DNA from: an uncultured Candidatus Saccharibacteria bacterium | GTDB lineage: Bacteria > Patescibacteriota > Saccharimonadia > Saccharimonadales > UBA4665 | Length of the DNA stretch: 62,799 nt | Assembly (NCBI GenBank): GCA_964393815.1 | Contig: CAYMUP010000001.1 | Span: 1-62,799, forward strand | Direction of reading: 5' to 3' | Shown: positions 54,902 through 61,054 of the stretch, piece by piece | Position numbering within the stretch: the first letter of the stretch is position 1 | Layout of the letters: the number at the start of each line of letters is the position of its first letter | Position numbers and translations under genes: made by a program | Notes under the pieces: model-generated | The model's input: only the letters and a program-made list of their open reading frames with translations | Database searches by the model: none | What the model was told of the DNA's origin: nothing

Positions 54902-55583
54902 TCGCTACCATCTTGATCGTCGGACCCACCGCTATCGACGCGCCAGGCGCCGAGTGATCATTATCGCTGTGCTGATCTTTTTTATTGCACTTTTTTACTT
55001 TCTGTCTAATCTCCATATTACCCCCCAGCAAAATATTACAAATGACCAAACTATCATAAAAAAATACGATGCTGCCACAGCAAAAACTGTCTCCATCGAC
55101 AAGCCGCTTTTCAAGCTGGAACTACCAGAGGGTTGGAAAGAGTCTAAGCCAGACGCCTCTATGGTCCCAGCACCGCAATTCGTGTTTGTGAGCGACCCCA
55201 AAGACCAGCAGGCACTTCGTTTATATGTTGATGTTATTCCTGCGGCGCTTGGTATCAACAAAGCCCTAACCGTATCGGCTCGGGCTGATACCCTCGACCA
55301 TGACTCTGTGTCGGAAAACTGCGTTAACTACACTGAACTCAGTAAAAAAGATGGTCGCACGGGTCTAGCACCTGCCAAGTGGCAAAATATCGATTTTCTC
55401 TGTGACGTGGGCAATCCGCAGCGGCCATTAGTGGGCGCTATCTCTGCGGATGGCATGAACTATGTGAAGCTCACCGGACCCACGGTAGGCGAGCACAAAC
55501 TTTTCATTGTCTACACTGACTATAGTATCAACCCCAATTACACAAACCTCTACGATATATTGAACTCCCTCCACCTAAAATAG
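54894..55583 (+). CDS. hypothetical N-terminally anchored protein (229 aa)
   Basis: GTG start overlapping the upstream stop by 8 nt. Arg-rich leader, then TM VIIIAVLIFFIALFYFLSNL. No motif recognised. Confidence 0.5.
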   Translation: MNDRYHLDRRTHRYRRARRRVIIIAVLIFFIALFYFLSNLHITPQQNITNDQTIIKKYDAATAKTVSIDKPLFKLELPEGWKESKPDASMVPAPQFVFVSDPKDQQALRLYVDVIPAALGINKALTVSARADTLDHDSVSENCVNYTELSKKDGRTGLAPAKWQNIDFLCDVGNPQRPLVGAISADGMNYVKLTGPTVGEHKLFIVYTDYSINPNYTNLYDILNSLHLK

Positions 55584-55588
55584 CCGAA

Positions 55589-56395
55589 CTATTGCAGGTC
55601 TCTAAGAAAAGCTAAGGTGCCATCTTCATAAATTTTTCCGGGCCGAATAATGGTTACCTGGTCGTGTTGCGGCAACTCCTCGCTCTCCTTTCCTACGAAA
55701 ACGAAAGTGACCGGTATAGCTTGCTCGGAAAAAAACTGAGCCATGGCGTAGTCGCTCGCGCTGTCGCCAAAGCAAGTTCGACCTGTAACAATCATTGGCT
55801 TAGTAGCGGACCATTCATGAAGTAATCTCGACCCTGCATATTTACCAGCGGCGACAGACTCTATATCAGTAGAAATGGTCGTACAGTCAACCTTCACTTT
55901 CTCATTGCTCGCCGCAAAAGCTTCTACAAGAATGTCAGCAAGTACCTTTTGCTCTTGATGATATTTGGCGAGCGGTACATCGGGTCTTTTTTCAATGGTT
56001 GCCATCGTCGTTTTGCTAGTGTCCCAAAACATTGTTTTAAACTCATGGTCATGATCAAAAAAAATTTGTTTTGCCAGATTGTATTGGGCTGGGGTTAAAG
56101 CAAACGGGCTCTGAGCCGGTATGGTGCTGCCATGTGACCAGGTAATGAGTTCTCCACCTTTCTGGCAAGCAATTGCTAGGTGTGACTGGCCAGCCTGATC
56201 CATGCCTTCTAAAAGGTGGCCTAGAAGATGCTCTTGCAGCCAGGCGTAAGATCTACCAGTATTAATACCAACCAGATTCCCCTCTGCGAGGAGTGAACGT
56301 ATGATCGCCACCACTGCAGGGCTAAAAGCACTATTGTGAGGATTTGTTATAACGCCGTCTACATCAAATATAAAAAAATGAGCTGTTTTGGACAT
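55589..56395 (-). CDS. HAD-superfamily hydrolase
   Basis: Motif I FIFDVDGVITNP and motif IV-like CFGDSASDYAMAQ. Confidence 0.75.
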   Translation of the reverse strand: MSKTAHFFIFDVDGVITNPHNSAFSPAVVAIIRSLLAEGNLVGINTGRSYAWLQEHLLGHLLEGMDQAGQSHLAIACQKGGELITWSHGSTIPAQSPFALTPAQYNLAKQIFFDHDHEFKTMFWDTSKTTMATIEKRPDVPLAKYHQEQKVLADILVEAFAASNEKVKVDCTTISTDIESVAAGKYAGSRLLHEWSATKPMIVTGRTCFGDSASDYAMAQFFSEQAIPVTFVFVGKESEELPQHDQVTIIRPGKIYEDGTLAFLRDLQ

Positions 56396-56530
56396 GAAGC
56401 TAGCATACTACATTATTCTTAATAGGGCAGGTACCTACTCTGGACATGGAGAATGCGGTCAAAAATACTATATCTAGTGTGTCGGCTAGCATGATAGACT
56501 CTAAACACGTCTCTAAAAAGTTAACAAATT

Positions 56531-56607
56531 GTAAGCTGGAATCGGGTGTAAGTCCCGAACTGTGCCGCAACGGTAACCGCGAAAAACGGAAGTCCGAAAC
56601 AGCGTAA
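56531..56607 (+). promoter_or_regulatory. cobalamin riboswitch aptamer (compact architecture)
   Basis: GUAAGCUGGAAUCGGGUGUAAGUCCCGAACUGUGCCGCAACGGUAACCGCGAAAAACGGAAGUCCGAAACAGCG. Contains the GGAA junction, the UCGGG/CCCGA hairpin with a GUGUAAGU loop, CUG..CCGCAACGGUAA, and a B12-box-like AAGUCCGAAAC. GCUG 56535-56538 can pair with CAGC 56600-56603. Matched to the family consensus from memory, with no covariance-model run. Confidence 0.7.
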
Positions 56608-56663
56608 AGTCTTCCGAGCAGAAGCGAAGTATGTCAACATATAGACATAGTCTCTTGTCGCTG

Positions 56664-56688
56664 CCCTCGGAGTTACGAGGGTATTTTT
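56664..56688 (+). terminator. riboswitch expression platform: hairpin plus U-tract that also buries the SD
   Basis: CCCTCG (56664-56669) / loop GAGTTA / CGAGGG (56676-56681), then TATTTTT, then ATG at 56689. The GAGGG in the 3' arm is the only SD-like element. CCGAG at 56614-56618 can alternatively pair with CTCGG at 56666-56670. Confidence 0.6.
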
Positions 56689-57882
56689 ATGGTCTATACG
56701 CCCGAGCGATTGGCGAAAAATCCACACACTATCAGTAGTGAGATTGATCGATACTTGAGTGTTTATAACGACACGACAACCTGGTTTGCCGAAGCGCTCA
56801 ATGGCTCAATGCGCACTCCGTTTACGTACCAGTATGATGGCCATGAATTGCGCTCATCTGAGGGGTCGTCTATGGGTAACGTGTTCAAGGCGTCGTTGAA
56901 AGAGGCTGAAAGTATTGCAAACGAAGACCCGATTTTGGCTTTCGAGAAAAGACGTCGAAAAATTGAACTTGGGGAATATAGTGAGATGTTGTCAATGGCC
57001 GAGGGAACATTGCCCAATACGATGGTTGTCGTTTCTGATTTTCCTGCCGAGTTAATGGGGCGCACGAGAGATGTCGGTGGCTATAACGTTGAAAGGCAAC
57101 AGACGATGCTACGTGTTATTTATTGGCAGGACAATCAGATGCATATGCTTTCTCAGAGCCTCGACAGATCTGATCGTCTCGGACTTGAAGCGATCTACGA
57201 AGCGATGGGTGAAAGAGCAGCTCCAGGCGAGTTGCTCGGTCAGCGAATCCACAAAGACCTTACTACCGATGAGCAGAAATTTTTGATCGATAAGCTTATG
57301 GGGGTGTATGATCGATCGCTTGCCGAAAGATACGGGGGTCAGTTTCATGCTGGTCGGCGTGACATGTCTCAAGACACCTATCTCTTTGCTTGCTCACAGA
57401 CTGATTTGGTAGATAGGTGGGTACTTGCGGAACTTTCAGGTAACTTGGCTAATTATGATAAATACAATATTATTGCTGCACTTTCCGCTCGATATGATGC
57501 AGCTCACCACTTAAAACCCCAGGTATCACCACAGCTTCAAACAGCGTTTTCATACTCTGGGATCGCGTACGGGGCTTTACAGCCAGGTCATAACCTTGAG
57601 GTCGAACTTCGGCTTATGGGTGCCCGTGCCCGTGCGGAAGGCAAACAATATAGTGGTTGTGGCGGTACAATAAAAGCAGCTGAGGGTGGGTTAGAATACG
57701 AGCTGAATCAGCTTGGCTACGGGAACAAGATTGACACAGCACGTAGTGACGATGGGGGTGATGGTTTAGGCCCGTTAACTTTCAAGTGCGCAGAGGGGCA
57801 TACAAATACCCGCAAAAAAGGCGAGTTGCTGAAAGAATGTCGAGTGAAAGGCTGCAAAAAGGGTTCGGTTGGTTGTGGCTAA
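56689..57882 (+). CDS. hypothetical soluble protein (397 aa) with C-terminal Cys cluster, downstream of the cobalamin riboswitch
   Basis: ATG ORF with no long hydrophobic segment. The C-terminus carries YSGCGG ... FKCAEGH ... ECRVKGCKKGSVGCG. No family recognised. Confidence 0.7.
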   Translation: MVYTPERLAKNPHTISSEIDRYLSVYNDTTTWFAEALNGSMRTPFTYQYDGHELRSSEGSSMGNVFKASLKEAESIANEDPILAFEKRRRKIELGEYSEMLSMAEGTLPNTMVVVSDFPAELMGRTRDVGGYNVERQQTMLRVIYWQDNQMHMLSQSLDRSDRLGLEAIYEAMGERAAPGELLGQRIHKDLTTDEQKFLIDKLMGVYDRSLAERYGGQFHAGRRDMSQDTYLFACSQTDLVDRWVLAELSGNLANYDKYNIIAALSARYDAAHHLKPQVSPQLQTAFSYSGIAYGALQPGHNLEVELRLMGARARAEGKQYSGCGGTIKAAEGGLEYELNQLGYGNKIDTARSDDGGDGLGPLTFKCAEGHTNTRKKGELLKECRVKGCKKGSVGCG

Positions 57883-57905
57883 TGCGAGGAGTGTAAAATA
57901 AAGCC

Positions 57906-58073
57906 ATGATTGATGAGTTTGACCCATATGCCGAGATGGTAAAAGAACAGGCGCCGGAGCTGTTTTGTGAAGTGTGCGGACACTATCCTCTAGAGCCGGT
58001 ACATGGGCACTTTGCCTGTCCGAGCTGCAAGAGCGTCACTAAATGCTGCGAAGGTTTGCCACAAGATGTGTAG
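57906..58073 (+). CDS. small zinc-ribbon-like protein (55 aa), not in the supplied ORF track
   Basis: Translated by hand: MIDEFDPYAEMVKEQAPELFCEVCGHYPLEPVHGHFACPSCKSVTKCCEGLPQDV. It has CxxC ... CxxC spacing. AGGAG at 57887-57891 lies 14 nt upstream of the ATG. Confidence 0.45.
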   Translation: MIDEFDPYAEMVKEQAPELFCEVCGHYPLEPVHGHFACPSCKSVTKCCEGLPQDV

Positions 58074-58080
58074 GGAAAAG

Positions 58081-58127
58081 CAAACGAAGTGAAAGTCACC
58101 GAAGTTAAAAATACATCCCAGGTGAAA
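58081..58127 (+). repeat. dispersed dual-GTGAAA element, copy C (overlaps the nadD start region)
   Basis: CAAACGAAGTGAAAGTCACCGAAGTTAAAAATACATCCCAGGTGAAA. Hexamers start at 58089 and 58122, 33 nt apart. Both GTGs are in frame with nadD. Confidence 0.75.
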
Positions 58128-58712
58128 GAGCGTCGGATTGGAATATATAGCGGCACGTTTGACCCCGTGCACGCCGGGCATGTTGCGTTTGCACTCCAGG
58201 CGCTTGAGAAAGCTGATCTTGAGGCCATTTATTTTTTGCCAGAGAGGTTGCCGCGCTACAAGCCTCACGTTGAGCATTTTGGCCACCGTACAGCCATGCT
58301 AGAGCGGGCGCTTCGACCACATGTCGGGCTCAAGCTTATCGATGACCTGCCGGAGCCATATTTTTCTGTCGCCAGAACTCTGCCAAGGCTGCGGCAAAAG
58401 TTTCCAGAGGCTAAGCTGTGCTTTTTGATTGGGTCAGATGTAGCCACTCATATTTCAAGCTGGGATAGTGTTGAGGAGCTTCTTCGCTCTAGCGAACTCA
58501 TCGTGGGCCTACGAGAAGGGTCAGACGGCGTAGCCCTAACGGCAAACTTGCCTGAAGGGGCGAAAGCCAAGGTAGTCTCCGTAGCTAGACCAGGGATACG
58601 ATCATCGCTAATTCGGAAGTCTGTGTACGACAACGCAAGCCCTCCCGGACTATTAAAAAGTGTGTATAACTACGTTCGACGAGAATGGCTCTATCTCAAA
58701 AACCCCTCATAA
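58089..58712 (+). CDS. nadD: nicotinate-nucleotide adenylyltransferase
   Basis: RIGIYSGTFDPVHAGH (GxFxPxHxGH) and C-terminal IRSSLIRKSV (ISSTxIR-like). The start is ambiguous between GTG 58089 and GTG 58122, both inside repeat copy C. Confidence 0.85.
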   Translation: MKVTEVKNTSQVKERRIGIYSGTFDPVHAGHVAFALQALEKADLEAIYFLPERLPRYKPHVEHFGHRTAMLERALRPHVGLKLIDDLPEPYFSVARTLPRLRQKFPEAKLCFLIGSDVATHISSWDSVEELLRSSELIVGLREGSDGVALTANLPEGAKAKVVSVARPGIRSSLIRKSVYDNASPPGLLKSVYNYVRREWLYLKNPS

Positions 58713-58965
58713 ATACAGACAAAGTTACAACATATGTTTATTGCTAATGGCTACTATCAGTTGGTACACTAGAGGTACTTACGGTTGCAGTGCGAGTGCG
58801 ACGGTAGAGACAAAAATATTTCAACAAAAATAAAAACTCTGTGTTTTCAGAGGTGATAAGAGGTAGGACGCTATGTCTATCCCAGTTACAACAGTGTTTG
58901 ACAGGCCGTCGGCGGTTCACGTGCGCGTGAGACGACCGGGCTGGCAGCAGTTCATCCACTACTAA

Positions 58966-58992
58966 AAAAGAGGGGTTTTATACCCCTCTTTT
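58966..58992. terminator. bidirectional rho-independent terminator
   Basis: AAAAGAGGGG / loop TTTTATA / CCCCTCTTTT. The 10-bp stem has an A-tract on one side and a T-tract on the other. Lies 22 nt downstream of the minus-strand DsbA-like gene. Confidence 0.8.
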
Positions 58993-59013
58993 CATGAAAA
59001 TATGGTGCTAAGA

Positions 59014-59658
59014 CTACTTCTTTAGTGCCTCATCTAAAAGCTTGCTGAAGGCATCGAGGCTGGGTTGACCTTGAGCGTCTAGGAGCTTGCTTGAATCTAC
59101 TTTTTTACCGTTCAAGAAAAATGCTGGCGTGGCCTTTTGCTCCCCACTTTTATCAAATTCAGTGATGTCGGCCTTGATGGCGTCATTTATTTTTTCACTT
59201 TTAAAGTCTTTCTGGAAGGTCGCGACGTTGAGGTTTAGCTGCTTCGCATATTGATCAAAATAGCTGTTGGCGTTTGTCGCCTGAGTCCAAGCCTGCCAGT
59301 TTGAAGCAGCGTAAAGAAGGTCGTGCATTTCCCAGAATTTTCCTTGCTTATCGGCGGCTTCGGCAGCACGGGCAGCCGCATAGGCGTTTTGGTGAATTTG
59401 GGCCAGCGGCAGGTTGCGGAATTGGAACTTAACCCGGTCTTTGTACTTTTCGCGGACCTGCGCGGTGACTGGAGCAAAACTCTCACACGCCGGACACTGA
59501 TAATCACCATATTCAACAAGCGTCACCTTGCTATCAAGCTTGCCTACAACGTGGTTCGTCGGCGTAGCGACTGCCGTCTTTTTGTTGTTATTCACAAATA
59601 CAAGGCCTAAAAATGCCACAATGATAACACCGATAACAGCCCAAAATCGCTTATCCAT
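59014..59658 (-). CDS. DsbA-family thiol:disulfide oxidoreductase, membrane anchored
   Basis: N-terminal TM FWAVIGVIIVAFLGLVFV. Thioredoxin-fold active site EYGDYQCPACESF. Confidence 0.82.
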   Translation of the reverse strand: MDKRFWAVIGVIIVAFLGLVFVNNNKKTAVATPTNHVVGKLDSKVTLVEYGDYQCPACESFAPVTAQVREKYKDRVKFQFRNLPLAQIHQNAYAAARAAEAADKQGKFWEMHDLLYAASNWQAWTQATNANSYFDQYAKQLNLNVATFQKDFKSEKINDAIKADITEFDKSGEQKATPAFFLNGKKVDSSKLLDAQGQPSLDAFSKLLDEALKK

Positions 59659-59749
59659 AATTACGTCTAAAACTCCCTCTTTATGTACACCTATGTTAGC
59701 ACGCCGAGCGTCACTTTTAAAAACGCTTGGAAACTCGTAGTATTAAGTT

Positions 59750-60805
59750 ATGCTTACATTTACATTTGGACTTGGTCTTGGCTGTACGGCGGTGCTACTT
59801 GCGGCGGTTTACAGAGAGTACCACCATGTTCCCACGCTCGAGCTAAAGCGAAGGGCTAGGCAAGGGGATGAGGTCGCGGCTGCTCTTTACCGCGTAGCTG
59901 CCTATGGACTGAGTGTAAAGACGCTACTAATTGGTCTCGGTGTCGCTAGTCTTTATGGCTGCCTCTATTTTCTAGAAGAGGCTACGCCGCAGTGGGCGGC
60001 GGGACTAATCTTTACTGTGGTATGTGGTCTGTGTGCCTGGGTGCTCAGCGCAAGATCATCTTCTGTGTCGCTCAAAGTTGCAACCGCCACCGCCCCATTT
60101 TTTGCAAGAATCACCGAACGCTTTGACCCATTGTTCTCCCGCGTTGGCCGCATTTTTAGTCGTTTTCAACCTGTGAACTTACACACCGGAGTCTATACTA
60201 AGTCAGATCTACAGCAGCTGTTTGACAGACTAAAAAGGCAAAAAGATAGCTCCATTAGTCCTGTCGATATTGATCTGGTGTCGCACGCGCTTAGTTTTGG
60301 TGACAAGCTGGTTTCAGAAGTGATGACCCCCAAGCGTGTCGTTAGTGCTGTGCAGGCGAATGATACGGTTGCGCCAATTCTGGTGAGTGAACTGCACAAA
60401 ACAGGGCATAGCCGTTTCCCCGTGTACCAGGGGAAAGACGAGGAGGTTGTCGGCGTGCTGTATTTACACGACGTCACCGCTCATATGGACTCGCGCCCGG
60501 TTCATGAGCGAATGCGTACGCAGGTTCGGTATGTGCACGAGGAGTATTCACTCAGACAGACGCTGCAGGTGTTCTTAAAGACAAAACAGCATCTGTTTGT
60601 CGTCGTCAATGAGCTTGAGGAGTACGTTGGCATTATCACGATCGAGGATATTCTCGAGCAGGTGATTGGGAAACCTATTGTCGATGAATTTGACGAATAC
60701 GAAGACCTACGAGCTGTCGCTGCTTCGGCCGCTCGCAAAGAGCACATTGCGCATGAAAATAGTATGTCAAAACCAAACGAAGTGAAACCCACCCCTGATA
60801 AATAG
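59750..60805 (+). CDS. CNNM/DUF21 transmembrane domain plus CBS-pair protein (TlyC/CorC-like, no CorC_HlyC domain)
   Basis: Three to four N-terminal TM helices. VSEVMTPKRVVSAV ... HSRFPVYQGKDEEVVGVLYLHDV ... VVVNELEEYVGIITIEDILEQVIG (CBS pair). Confidence 0.72.
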   Translation: MLTFTFGLGLGCTAVLLAAVYREYHHVPTLELKRRARQGDEVAAALYRVAAYGLSVKTLLIGLGVASLYGCLYFLEEATPQWAAGLIFTVVCGLCAWVLSARSSSVSLKVATATAPFFARITERFDPLFSRVGRIFSRFQPVNLHTGVYTKSDLQQLFDRLKRQKDSSISPVDIDLVSHALSFGDKLVSEVMTPKRVVSAVQANDTVAPILVSELHKTGHSRFPVYQGKDEEVVGVLYLHDVTAHMDSRPVHERMRTQVRYVHEEYSLRQTLQVFLKTKQHLFVVVNELEEYVGIITIEDILEQVIGKPIVDEFDEYEDLRAVAASAARKEHIAHENSMSKPNEVKPTPDK

Positions 60806-60821
60806 CCAATCCCAAGTGAAA
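60774..60821 (+). repeat. dispersed dual-GTGAAA element, copy D (spans the stop codon of the CNNM/CBS gene)
   Basis: CAAACGAAGTGAAACCCACCCCTGATAAATAGCCAATCCCAAGTGAAA. Hexamers start at 60782 and 60816, 34 nt apart. Confidence 0.75.
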
Positions 60822-61054
60822 TAATCCTCTCTCACCAATCGGAGAAATATAACAAATATGATAAGTCCTTACACTTTTTGTTGTGTATTTGAGGAGGTGC
60901 TAGGAAGATGGTAAAATGTTAAAGATGAAATACGGGTTTTGGTCAAATATAAATCCACGGGTCGGCAGCTAGCTGACCGGTGGCACTTGCTGCGCACTCG
61001 ACCCGAAACGAACCCAACTAACTAGACTAAAACTCGTTATTTAAAGGACAGACC

